Below, in pieces: positions 51,417-64,000 of a stretch of DNA of 64,000 bases. The notes beneath the pieces are model-generated. The model had not been told where the DNA came from and did not search any database. It saw only the letters and a list, made by a program, of their open reading frames with translations. Source of the DNA: Ancylonema sp. (Eukaryota); the NCBI GenBank assembly GCA_050230475.1, contig JBFLGF010000018.1:62001-126000 (forward strand), given 5' to 3'. Made by a program: the position numbers and the translations under genes. Each line of letters begins with the position of its first letter. The first letter of the stretch is position 1.

Positions 51417-53132
51417 CCGTTTGGAAAAAGTATTTTTACGGCAGTTTGGAAAACGTCCGTACATTTGAAGGGTTTGGCCACACAATCCGTTTGTCCGCCT
51501 TTGCAAACGTTTGGTGTGGGCACCGCTCTTTGAAAGGTGACTGTTTTATGCTAAGGAGTTTGGTGTTTTCCAAACCCGCTCGCGTTTGGGTGCAACTATG
51601 GCTAGAGGTAGGACTCGAGAGCTCTAACAGTTGAGGTTGAATGGGATGCGATACTGCGCGGTAAATTTTTGTGACATCCTCAATTGTTCCACTTGGACTC
51701 TTCTAGACACATATCGGTATAAAACTGAAAGTATTACGAGGTTCCGAGTGATGGCCTCAAAACCTATACATGTTTATAACACGCCTTGGCAGGAGGTGTG
51801 AGGAGCCTCCGTGTGTGGTTTGGTGTACCACGGGTTACATTTGGTCCATTCTGGGTTGTGTAACAACGTTTCGATGGTGTGGATCAAGCTCGAAGACGTA
51901 TGTGTGAGGAAGTGGCACTTAGGAAGCCCACTATGATGGCGCATTTGTCCGTCGCATATGGTCCTCTTGGCTTTGTTAGAGCATCCTCTACGACCTCGCA
52001 TATCATTCAGCATATTTTGAGGATGTGCTTGCTCTTGAGAAATTTATCATGCGGCAAAATGAAATACGCTCAATTTCTTCCGTTGGCGAACGTTACGGCG
52101 TGGGCATAATCTGAGCATAATACTTTCCATGTAGGCGAACGTTTAGTTTCCGATTGGTCCGGATAACTCTTTTAAGATTAATGCGACGTAGGCAAACGGT
52201 ACAAGGATCTGATTCGTCTAGAGGTTATGCTGAGCCCAATAATTTACGCAAACTTCTGAGCATATTGTGGGGAAAAAATCGACAAACGGTGCGTGAATCA
52301 ACCGGCAGAATGTCCTGAGCATAATTATTTTGATATGCTCAGGCCGTAGCGTTCGCCATTTTGGATGATGTGCGCATGTTAGTGGCAAAAGTCGAATAGC
52401 GCGAAAGGGTGCGGGATGATATGCGATGCCGTAGCGGAAGCTCTCGATGCAACTCTTAGAATCGGTAGACATTACGATCTTGAGATCACCTCATTTTGTG
52501 CCCGGAGTGTTGGCTTGTCGTGAGAGAAAGCACCCCTTTTCCACATGGTGCCAATAGGTAGTGCTGAATTGGGTACATCCTTTCCTTTCCTTCCTTTCCT
52601 TTCCTTCTGTACAATGATGTTGTCGCCCACTTATGTTCAACTCAGTGCATTCGGAGGTTTCGCCAAAAAAAATCGGGCCTCCACAATATACCACCGAGAG
52701 ATGAAGGGTGGTCTTCATAACGTGACTTACAATCAGGAAAACTTTGTCGAAACATATGCTACATATACGAGAATGGTAAAATTGATCATTGACTAATACG
52801 AATGCAACATTATGAGCTCGTTTAAGAAACTTATGTATTACGTCTATACATATTCTTTGCGTAGTGACAGTGCCTTACCAGCTGTCACAATATACAACGT
52901 TGTAACAACATTGTAAAAATTTATTTTACAAATACGATGTCCTAAAATTCAATGTCACTAAAGCCTTTTGTCACTAAAGTTTACTCCTTGATCATGGAAT
53001 TTGAAAACAATTGTTTCATTGATAAGGAGTCATTAGTAGCCTACACACAAACAACTATGATGAAATCCTTTTTGTCTATCTTGCACATTTTATCCACAGA
53101 GAAACAACCACATTACTACATTCTTGCCAAAC

Positions 53133-55470
53133 CTAGCAAGAACATCCAGCTGCTGCGTTAACCTCATCGTGAGCACATGGCTGCAGAACCCCTCCGCTTG
53201 AAGGTGCTTTCATTAAACTTGGAGTCTCCACTATCTGCACATTAAACAAGGATTGCCACATGACCCACACTTTCTCTCCGAGTTAGCTTCACAACAAGGA
53301 GGATCACACAAAACGAGTAAGAATTGAATTGCACGCATGGAGTCTTTATGTATTTGCACCTCTGCTTTTCTTTACTTGTCTTCATATTCATCTTTTAGTC
53401 ATGATTTTTCCACAACATTCACAAAGACATTTAGGGTTGCTACCAACATAGTGATTCACAAAGGAACGCAATGTCACACAAGTCTTCACAAGTTCATCGA
53501 TTTTGTCACATCTCTAAAATCTCAACGGAGAAAAGACTTTCTTATAAAATGGTGACTTGAACTGGTAGCACTAGTATATTGGGACGTGGCGCTCGTTTGA
53601 GATCCTCCACCCTCTTCTGCCACACACCTTTTGCACAAGTTCTTGAAAGCATTGTTGGACATTGATTTTTGTCTTGGCACTGCACTCCAAAAACAGACAA
53701 CCATGCTGCCGTGCCATCGCAACCCCCTCCTCCCGACTCACCTCCCTCTCAACTTCCTGCAACCCAGAATCTCAAGTCGTTGTCATGTTAATTTTTGATG
53801 AGTTATTATTATTTTTGTCTATTCTCACCTCTTCAACTTACCACCTATTATTTGGGAAACGGACACTCCTAATAAAAAGAATTTCTACCGATGGAAAAGC
53901 CACGAGTCATCCGCTCTCCCACTCCCAATATACCTTGAGGTCCACTTTATTTCCGACTAACATTTGGACGCATTCCGCATTTGTAGAATATTGGTCCACT
54001 TCTTTGAGCCAAACTTCTTGAAGGTCCGTGAAAGATTCACGATTTGTCACGTCGTATACTGCAAAATAAAGTGAAAAGATATTGCTTGAATGTCTTGTAT
54101 GCACCAATGGGCCACAAACATGTTGTTTGTTCACGAACCCTCTCCCTTTCTCTCGTTCCTGATAGTTTTAATAGCAGATGTCGATGACGATTGACGGCAC
54201 TGCATGGTGAACCAGTTCTGTTAGACCTTCAAAATATTTTGCAGGTTTGAGAACCATCAATTCTCGTGGGTTGGTCAAACTCGAAATAAAACAACCATTT
54301 CATTGAAAGTACGTGATATAACTCATGCGATGGTTTAAAATGTGTACAGAATAGAGGATCAGGAGTTGCATCACATCATGCTGATCGCCACGTTGAGGTT
54401 CCAGCGCTGACACCATACCTAAAATAATGCCATGCGCTCCTCGATAGTATGAGCTGGTCAACGTTCGGAATCTTTCCTGACCAGCTGGGAGAAAAGGAAG
54501 ACAGGAAGACTCGATGGCCATTGTCATCGTTCTGACAATTCTAGGAATCCAGAGATATTCACAGTCCTAAAGATAACTTGGAATGAGACTCGGATTCAAG
54601 GTCGTCAACAACAGCAGGTACTGAAACATAAATTCCGAGAGGTACCTATCTCATACGGCCACTCCACGCGTACCAAGGCACTAGACAAAACTGAGGGCAC
54701 AGCAATCAAATGCTCTACCTCCTGACCTCCAGAACGATTATCAATATTAGAAAAGAGATTAACGTGGATACCACCAGATGCCCCAAAATGTCCAAGTGAT
54801 GAGGATACTAGCTGAGATGAATGAAATAAGATATGAAAGTACCTGTATCCCAGATTGTCAACTTGAGTTTCTTGCCTCCGACCGTCATAATTTTAAGCTT
54901 GAAGTCCACTCCTGCCACCAGAAAGTAGCACATATAATCACGCTTGAACAGCACCGTGCTACATAGATAGATCAAAAGGCACAGATATATGAAGAACAAA
55001 TCTGTCGAGGGGCAAATATCCGTTCTGCACCTTCAAAAAAATCCTGTGAACAACCAGCAGGAACACGTGGACGGCCTCTTGCTCAAGTGGAGTAGCGCAC
55101 ATTGAGGTACATCGACGTGTCATTTGACCTTCAGATCAGCAAGAATGTGTTAAACGTTTATTGATTACAAATACGCAGTACGTGTCTATCCTCACCAAAT
55201 GTACGGTTGTCTGTATATTTGTCTAATTTGTGTATATTTATCTTTGTCATGTTGTACTGCTTATTTGTCTCATAATCAGCGAGACCGCTTTACGGGCTCG
55301 AAGACCAGCTTTGCGATCATTCACTCACCTATTGTTGGTGAGAGATCGTCGAAGGTGTCCGTTGTAAATCTGAGAAGCAAACATGACTTTCCAACACCTG
55401 AGCTGCCAATTAGCAGAAGCTTTAGCAGGTGGTCGAAGTCAGCACCACCCGCAATAGGTAATTTCGACAT
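53133..55470 (-). CDS. RABC: Rab GTPase, RabC/Rab18 subfamily, 210 aa, 6 exons
   Basis: Exons 55470-55329, 54911-54843, 54484-54419, 54058-53934, 53756-53628 and 53234-53133. [49 protein letters not shown]-terminal CSC prenylation motif. Confidence 0.95.
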
Positions 55471-56012
55471 CCGGACCCGTGAGCGAACCAAGCCTTCCAA
55501 TCTTACACCGCATGTACAACCTGCAGCGTATCGCTTTCCAGTGTCAACAAAGCTAGTGTGCTGGCTAGAATCTGCTCAGCAGATACTGAAAGTGTCGTCC
55601 GAATCTGAGAAGGTCAACGAGTGTAATCTTTTTCCAAAAGAGTTCTATTCTAGGCATGGGCAACTTCCACCGCATTTGTACGTGGCATGTCGAAGAAGCT
55701 CAGGCAACGTACGGCGTGCCAGTTGGACATGCACCGCCCAGTAATCCGCCCGTCAAGTACCCGCTCGGCTTCGGGCGGGTTATTTTTTGGCCCGCTTTTT
55801 CGCCCTCTGGGCTGGCCTTTCTCGCCCGCACGTGTCGACAATACCGCCCTCTAAAAGTGGTTGGGCGAGAAATTGCCTTGCGAGAACTGGATGAAGCGTA
55901 CATAACAATATTTTGTACATAGCGACCTAACATTTCCATGCGGCCCTGCATTTAATTGGTACTCGAGCACCTCTTGGCCCATATTAGTGAGGACTTTTCT
56001 TCCTCCGCCAGC
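55471..56012. promoter_or_regulatory. Probable bidirectional promoter plus 5' UTRs between RabC and CSP41a
   Basis: 542 bp between divergent ATGs, no evident TE, with GGCCC motifs, a CACGTG and a GC hairpin at 55759-55780. Confidence 0.55.
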
Positions 56013-59000
56013 ATGGCTGCTACCTGTCTAGGTCACCCGGTCTCCACAGCTAGCCACATCGTCCATAGGACATGCACCGACGCCCCTCGACCTAGCATAG
56101 TCTCGCTCGCAGCTACATGTTTGAGATTGAAAAATTCCATCTCTATTTTGGCATACAGGACACACATCACAGGCACAGCTGCAATTTCAGTGCCAGGACT
56201 GCGATCTAGGAGCACAGGTGCTACGAGGGCCCACTTGATGGCCCGCGCAGAAAGCAGGGATGTCCTCATCGTAAATACGAATAGTGGGGGGCATGCTGTC
56301 ATTGGATTTTGGGTCGCTAAGGCTCTGACGGAGTCTGGACATAAAGTGACCATCATGACAGTGGGAAAAGAGGATTCGGAGAAGATGCAGAAGCCACCAT
56401 TCTCTCGATTCGGAGTGAGTCATTGTTTAGACAGCTCATAATACCCCTCACAGCTCTTTGGCTTGCATGGTGCATTACGAGTTGTGTGTTTGTCTTTTGT
56501 GACAAAGTACGTGTCATGTGCTACTCCCAGATATATAGCCACTGCCTAAGACAATGCACTTTCGCAACCCCGGGAAAGTTCAATTTTTCACTCCTTCGTA
56601 GAGGTGTGGTGACAATGGCCTGGTTTGATCATCAGAAACTAGGAAGCTGCTCCGAAGGCTTCTTAGCTGCATCGCTCGCATGCCGTATCTGACCCTCTGA
56701 GTGGCTGATATCCTATTCATATTCCTTGCGGGGTTGCAGGAGCTGAGAGACATGGGTGTGACCACCATCTGGGGCGAACCTGCTGATGTGGGAGCGGCTG
56801 TGGGGGGGGGGCAGTACGAAGTGGTGCTGGATAACAACGGCAAAGATCTCGAAACAGTCAAGTGAGAAGTGTGTTGAGATTCTCGATACATATGTGTACG
56901 TGACTCTAACTTAACCCGAGTCTGTAAGTTAAGCCTTCGTCAGTAATCGACAGCATTCCCTGTTACAGGTTTCAGGTTCTTGCAGGAACAGAACAAACCA
57001 TGTAATCCCATGAGCACACTTTCTTTCACGGCTGTGCACTACATGGAGTGCCTGTAGTCGTTCAAGACCAGGAGAATGAAGAAGAGTACTCGTAGTGAAA
57101 AGTGCAAATATTCTGTATCCGGTTATGGTTGGGTGTCAGCAGACAGAACAACCCCTTTGAACCGCTCACTCTTTGTGGGGTCGAATTCAATCATTGAAGG
57201 GTACACAGAAGGAGGGGAATTACTTTGACTGTGAGAGTTATTCTTAGTCCCCCTTGTTCATCCAAGCCGTAAATCTATGTATAAAGCCAAATAAAGTACC
57301 TGGGGGGGAAGTGTTAAAGAAGTTGAGGAGGAGAAGGGTTGGTTGGCCGTGAGAAGAACCCAACGTGTGCCGGCAGTACCAGGCTTGAGTAGCCATGGAA
57401 AGCATCTTTCAAACCTCCATGCTTTGCCTGGGGCTGAAAAGTGATTAGGACTCTGAATTTAAATAATGGGGCACATCATAATATCAGATAGTTTTCAGAA
57501 CTGTGACAGTTTTAATGGCATTGACCATAACGATGACAGCATCCGCATACTCACGCCTTCGGATCCTGATTTTGTGCCTCCTCTACTCAGACCCGTAGTG
57601 GAGTGGGCAAAGAGCAACGGCTGCTCTCAATTTCTGTTCATCAGCAGTGCGGGGATTTATAAGAACTCGGACGAGCAGCCTTTGGTGGAAGGGGTAAGGA
57701 GCTGTCAGCAGCTGGGGCCCACAGGATAGTGCCTTGGGCTCTCGACAACGGGTGATTTGAAGTGACACATGTATACCAAGGAGCAGTTTGATGGGGGCTC
57801 TGCATCTGGAAATCTGAAGATGACGCTTGTCTGTGGCACCATCCACCATCCACCATCCGTATGCGAGACCATATGGATAGCGATAGGAATAGCTCTCGAC
57901 CAGAGCAACACGAGACAGAAGTATGCATTATTGAAGTATTCAGTTTGAATACACGCATGCATCTTTGTATGTACACGCAGGGCTATCGGAAAATCGTAAA
58001 GTTACTTTCCATGATCTGTTTGCCCCGTGGTGGCAAACAGAGAAGAAGTGAGACACAAATGGGTACTCCTGTGGCATCTCAGGACCTGATATCCAAATCT
58101 TTCCAGAGTCTGCCTGCAACAGCTGACATGAACTCCTCCATTCTTACATCACCACTTGTGAGCATCAAGACGTGAAGTAGAGTCGGGATGAATCCACCCA
58201 CCACCCACCAGGTTGATGAAATATGCGAGAGACACAGGAAGTGAACATCTCCGTCCTGTCTGGGGTTGGGGTTCAGGATCCCGTGAAGGAGGACGCGGGC
58301 CATGTGTCGGTGGAGCAGTATTTGCATCAGACGCTGTCCTCTGATGCGACCACGTGGGCGTCCTTCCGTCCACAGTACATCACGGGACCGGGGAACAACA
58401 AAGACTGCGAGGAATGGTTCTTTGATCGTAAGGGGAAGGGAAGTCCCATCTCCTGATTGGAATCTCTTCCCTTTGTGGCTGTCGCTGTGGCCGGAACAGG
58501 AGAACAGTGTTGCGCTTTGTGTGGAACCAGGAGTGCAAAGAAGATCCAATTGGAGCTAACCGTCTGTTTGACTGACATAAAGCATCACTTTGGCAAACAG
58601 AACAAAGTGGACTGGTTTGTTTGAGAGCATGTGTGTATTATTGAAACCACGATCTCTTGTCGCCACGTTTTTTTTCCGATAAAACTGTGACTGCTTTGGT
58701 ATGCCCCGTGGGTGTTTGCAGGGATTGTTCGAAACCGCCCCATTCCTATTCCCGGCTCCGGTATGCAGATGACGGTTATCGCTCCCGTTGAGGACATGGC
58801 CTCTATGATAGGGGCGGCGGTGGACCATCCCAGCGCGGCGTCAGGAGGCATCTTCAACTGCGTGGGGGATAGGGGGGTCAGTTTTGACGGGCTTGTGCGC
58901 ATGTGCGCAAAAGCAGCTGGGTCGGAAGTTGAAATCGTCCATTATGATCCCAAGCAGGTGGGTGTGGATGTAAAGAAGGCCTTCCCCTTCAGGAATCAGG

Positions 59001-59521
59001 TGAGAGGACAACCTGGCGGTGGTGTGTCTGGGGCTACTCATGGGGTCAACTCAAAAGTCAACGGATATTCTTTCCGGATTTTTCTCACTTCAGCTAGGTG
59101 GCACATTTGTTTCGTTGAGAAGATAGTGACCTTGCCTAAGGTGAAGGCCATTTCTATTTTGGTCCACGCGCTTGTGTGGTGGTTTTGCTTGATCTTCTAT
59201 GTCTGATTTCTGTAGATATCAGTCCAGGCTAATGGCCTTCAATCAAAGTCGTACATTTTGATAGGAACATAATGGGTACAAGATCTTTGAACTTCGTGGT
59301 AATCATTACCCCGTTTTTTTGTGTAGCACTTCTACTCAGAACCTCGAGCAGCTAAGGAAAAGTTGGGATGGCAGCCGAAGTTGAAGTTACAAGAGGTGTT
59401 GAACGCCAGATTTGACGAGTATAAGCAAAGTGGTCGTCCCACGGTGGAAATCAAGTTTGATCTCGATGACAAGATCCTTGCTGCTCTAGGAGTCGGTGTC
59501 CCCACCTCTGTTGCAGCGTAG
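56013..59521 (+). CDS. CSP41A: Chloroplast stem-loop-binding protein of 41 kDa a, ~416 aa, 6 exons
   Basis: Exons 56013-56414, 56740-56861, 57591-57693, 58277-58427, 58722-58999 and 59327-59521, in frame. [39 protein letters not shown]...[30 protein letters not shown]. Transit-peptide-like N-terminus. Confidence 0.95.
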
Positions 59522-61637
59522 GGAGGGGAGAGAGTGATCAATGGTGTTACAACCGCGGGTTGGAGTAGGTGGGGATTAAGCTAAGCAGAAGCTAGGTTGC
59601 AACAGGTTGCTAGGTTGCCAAGTTGCTAGGTTGCAAGAGTTGGAAACACTTTGTACGGATTGTGCCATCATTGAGGCCAAAGTTCACATCGTGTACAACC
59701 TTGCAGCATGCCTTTCTAACAATTACGTCAAAGTTTGTGTAATGTAGTCACATCATGTAGGCATCGAACTTTACCGCGCAGGGTCCTATTGAACATCCTA
59801 CCCGAAACTGTCACTCACAGACACTCAACTTTAGATCTTAGTTTTTTTTTTTGGGGGAATGAAGTGATTTGGTCACGTGAAAATAAATCGCAAAACGGAA
59901 ATGAAATTATGAACATGATGAAAATTATGAAAGTGTTTTATATTAAGATTGATTTGTTATAGCAACAATGTATGGTCACTCGAGAAATCCAATCGCCAAT
60001 TATGCTTATTTAGTGTGTCAATGAACTACAACTTCAAAACATATGCGGATTAAGTGCAGTTTGGATCAAAGCATTATCTAAGATCACCCGTGAGGGATCA
60101 GGCCGAACTCACCATACTTCCGGGATTTTCGCCACCAATGGTGCGTGAGAGCTTTTTGTCCCCCAATCAATTTCCACACAAATGATCCACGCCCAAATCC
60201 GGATTGGCGCCGGTTTGCAAAACCTATTGGATCAGGCCCAACTATGGTGCAGATTATGCACCATGCACCATGTGTATGTTATGCACTGCAAAACATACAC
60301 TTGTTGACAATCATGGTTCACAATTCACACACTTCAATTTGTTTTCGCTATAGGGAGAATGGAATCGATGTGTGGTTACCATGGGATCTTTGGACACTTC
60401 GGTAAATGTGGAGTTGACGAGGAAAGAGAAAACGAAGACAAGAGTAGTCCACATTGAAGACTATATTTTATTGAAGAGCGTTTTTAAATACCCAATTTGA
60501 AAAGTTTATGGACATCAGCGATTGAACATGGACTCTTGGTGATAAGCGTTAATCAACCAGATAACGGTTATTTTTGGTTGACTCTTCATCAAAATAGCGA
60601 CGATTTTCTCGGAATATAGAAACGCTCAACAAAACGCGAAGTGAAGTTGAAAATGTCCTTGGTCGTTATCAATAAAGATATGTTGGGTTGATACTCGAAG
60701 GTTTTATTTTCATGATTTAAGCCGAGCTCCCTCCCGGGGTGAGAAAAATCAAGGTTGACCACTAGAATAGTTGGTCTAGTAACATCCCGGGAGCCAATTG
60801 GTGTACCTCACACACTCTTAAGTTTACTCGGAGGTTGCGGAGAAATCGAGAACCTTCATATGACAATTCACATGTACAAAGGCTTGCCACGATTATAATA
60901 GGAGCCGCACATGGCAACATACCTTTTTTTCCAAGGTGGTTCAAGGAGAAGTGAAGCGGGCATGTGAAGATTGATTTCATCACCAAAGCATTATCGGTCA
61001 GATCGGAAAAGGTTCTAACGTCTTTCCGCTGCGGTACGCTAACGGGATTTGTGATCACTATGTTGACACAATGGCACGTATGTGAAGAGTTTTGGAACAC
61101 TCTCACTAGACGTGCTACGTTAAAAAATCTTAATTGGAAAGGTCCGGGTTTTGTTTTTTTAGCTACCCCCAGAGTTGATCACATTAGCGGTACGCTAACG
61201 GGATTTGTACACAAAGTCATCTATGTGAACAGTGAAATACTCAGCGATGAAAATTGGACACGGGCGGATTACGATGTTTTCTCTCTTTGGTCTAATTACA
61301 TATATCATTTGATAGGGGGTTGTGTGAAAGTAAACAATGTGACATACACGGGCTGGAAATATCGAGGAGTCGGGATCTTTCATAGAAACTAATAGTGAGT
61401 TAGCATCTTGGTGAATTGATGAGCGTAATTACAGTAATCCTGCAAAAAATTCAATTTGGAGTAGCTCTTATGTGATCCCTCCATTTTTTCTTGCCCAAAA
61501 AAATAAGTCTCCAAATCATTGTTATTACTTGTGGCGAAGCCTACCTTTAGTTATATTTTCACCATAGATGTACCCAAATGTAGGGGGGGGTTGCTCCCGA
61601 ACTTCTTCGAACGCGCTCGGACCGAATCGTAGGCACC

Positions 61638-64000
61638 TGACGTACCTATAGAGATCGATGACGTCACAAACGTGCGGCTAGGCTAAGCACACTACAAACA
61701 CGCTAAGGACACAAGCGGACACGTGCGGATAGAGACCCGTCCAAGTCCCGTACAACATAGCAAGCAAAGAGCTAACTACTTGCATCACAAACACATATCA
61801 TCACACACACACTCGCACATCTAGCAAGCAAGCTAGCGTGCACCACTTTGGTTTTACTATTATCCAAGGCAATGGAGACCTTGGTTGGCCACATGCGCCG
61901 TGAGCTGGCGATCTGTTCGGCTAGTGGGTATCCTGCCAACCTCTAAAATACAGCACACCGCAGCGGCATCAAGCACACAGCAAGGCAAGACACGTGCGAG
62001 GCGATGATAGAAGTTCTGGGAAATTATGAGAAAAGTTGGGGTACAAAGCTCTTCCTGTCCCTATTCTAGTGCAGTGGGTGAGGCACCCACGCACGTGCGA
62101 AATTCAGCGCAAAAGTAATATGCGTAACGTTTACGAGCAAATCTGGCTAGACCAATCAGAAATCACGGTCAGTGGAGGGTCATCCATCTTACGGTCTCAC
62201 GTTACAAGGGTGACTTGTAGACCGCTATAACGAATGCAAGCTACTTGGATATGGTAGGGGCGTATCTACTAGTAACCGATCGGCTATAACGGGGGAGAAT
62301 CTGCTATAAGCTACCGATCCCTAGCGCTACGACAGCTGACGTACCTATAGAGATCGATGACGTCACAAACGTGCGGCTAGGCTAAGCACACTGCAAACAC
62401 GCTAAGGACACAAGCGGACACGTGCGGATAGAGACCCGTCCACGTCCTGTACAACATAGCAAGCAAAGAGCTAACTACTTGCATCACAAACACATATCAT
62501 CACACACACACTCGCACATCTAGCAAGCAAGCTAGCATGCACCAATTTGGTTTCACTCCCCCCCCCAATCTCTCGGCTGAGATCACCAAAGCCAGAGGTT
62601 GAAAACTCAAAGGCTATACTACAAGTAGGCCCCCGCAAGTTCCACCCACCCCTGCAAGACATCGTAGTAGACCTCGTGATAAGAACACAACAGGGCCCCA
62701 AGTGGAATGTCTGCTAAGGGTGGAGAAATAAAACAAGTAAACATTGGAATGCTGCACACTAAGAAAACTACGCACCACAACAAGTCGGCACACTAAAGAG
62801 CTTCGGCGGTACCGCAAGTCTTGTAACCACTCCTATGGGTCTGAGCTACTGGAGTGTCTCCCCAGTCTGTGGCAAATGTGAAAAGTTGGTGAAGTTTGAT
62901 CTTGCGTGAAACAAATGAAACCACGAAAAGCCAAAGAAAATAGTTCCAAGCGCCATGCGGTACCCGCGCCACACCACAAGTTGTCAGTATGAAAGTTTTC
63001 CATTCCCCCCCCCCCAAGCTGATGACTCGTCTGTCGAAGCAGCTTGGCTATACCGAGTACAGGGGTAGAGATGAAGAAGTTATCAAAGTGACCCCCCCCC
63101 CAGATTGCACCCCTCTCCCCCCCCCATACTACAAAGTCAGAGTTTCAAGGTGAGGAAGGGAAGGAAAGGAGTCGCGCGCTGATGGAGATCTAGCGGCTGG
63201 CTGCAGAACTGCTGAGAGCTGGCCACACTTATCCCAAGTGCGCAAACTGTCCCCCTTTCTGCCCCCCCCCCCAGCCCCCCCCCCAGCCCCCCCCCTCCGT
63301 TTCCACGAGGTTCAAAGCTGGTTGTCTGAGAGGGTGAAGGTGGAAGGGTAGAGAAGGCTGAAGAGAAGAAAAAGGGTGTAAGGAAGGAGAGGGACCAGGG
63401 TGATGATCAGCCACATAGACTGGGCTCGATGAAGTGCACCGCCCACTACATATACCACACCGCTCACCGCTGGCTCCACTCCAAAGTGAACACTGACCAG
63501 GAGGGTGGTCCAGGTGCTCATACAGTAAAGGCCGTCGAGGGAAAAGTTGCTGCACGGGTGCCAAGGTTGAGAGACTTGCACCCGCCAGATGGTGAACACC
63601 GCTGCGCAGCTTCTGAACAAGAGGGGCCTCACGGGCTGCTGCTGAACGCAAAAGAAGACCAGCCAGCGGGAGGCCAGATGAACACATATCGACTTGATCC
63701 AAACTGCTGCGTGGAGACTGCTGCGCCTGACTGTACGGAGCCAGGGTCTGAAGTAAAAGCTGGTTCATAGGCTTTGTAAAAGGTTCAGATTGAGTTTGAA
63801 GGTTTAGAATGGGAAGTGTGGGAAGGTTAGGAAAGAGGAAAGAGGGAAGCCACTTTCCGAGGTGGAGTGGTGCTTCTGCTGCTCCTGGCCACGGATCCTG
63901 CAACGACTGCTGCGCTGCTGTGAGGACCCCTGCTGGCGCCACCACTTCCCCCCTGCGACCCAAGCCAGGGTCGAGCTTCTGCGTTGGCAACTGCCGCTTT
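61638..64000. mobile_element. Young split-direct-repeat element (B-A-B end plus internal region, probably running off the window)
   Basis: A ~221-bp near-identical direct repeat at 61638-61858 / 62337-62557. The unit 61638-62334 runs TGACGTA...TACGACA. Junction GACA-GC-TGACG. The extent of the internal region is uncertain. Confidence 0.65.

Noticed and set aside
59591..59640. GCTAGGTTGC repeats in the CSP41a 3' region as a regulatory element
   Set aside because: A short slippage-type repeat with no evidence of function.
63229..63990. 253-aa ORF as a real gene of the terminal element
   Set aside because: Low-complexity, homopolymer-rich and without recognisable motifs; the coding strand cannot be decided.

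Overview
Eukaryotic nuclear DNA from a plastid-bearing green organism, probably a streptophyte alga or early-diverging plant. This is inferred from the 18S fragment, a CSP41a gene and short GT-AG introns. Five intact host genes can be spliced by eye: mitochondrial F1-ATPase delta (-), an intronless N-myristoyltransferase (-), COQ10 (+), RabC/Rab18 (-) and CSP41a (+). There is also a truncated inverted duplicate of the ATPase delta gene. The rest is mostly mobile DNA: a hAT transposase element and a non-autonomous relative with a perfect 8-bp TSD, two antiparallel nested Copia elements with TSDs, a third rearranged Copia, many nested MITEs, a ~625-bp dispersed 18S rDNA piece and an ~825-bp (AT)n tract. 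The most unusual signal is a group of elements at ~11, ~17, ~33 and ~62 kb. They have TG...CA ends and split-direct-repeat (B-A-B) architecture, joined by a shared quasi-palindromic junction GACA-GC-TGACG, with no tRNA PBS or PPT at that junction. One carries a C5 DNA-methyltransferase-like ORF whose catalytic motifs all appear substituted. All homology calls are by-eye motif recognition; no searches were run.
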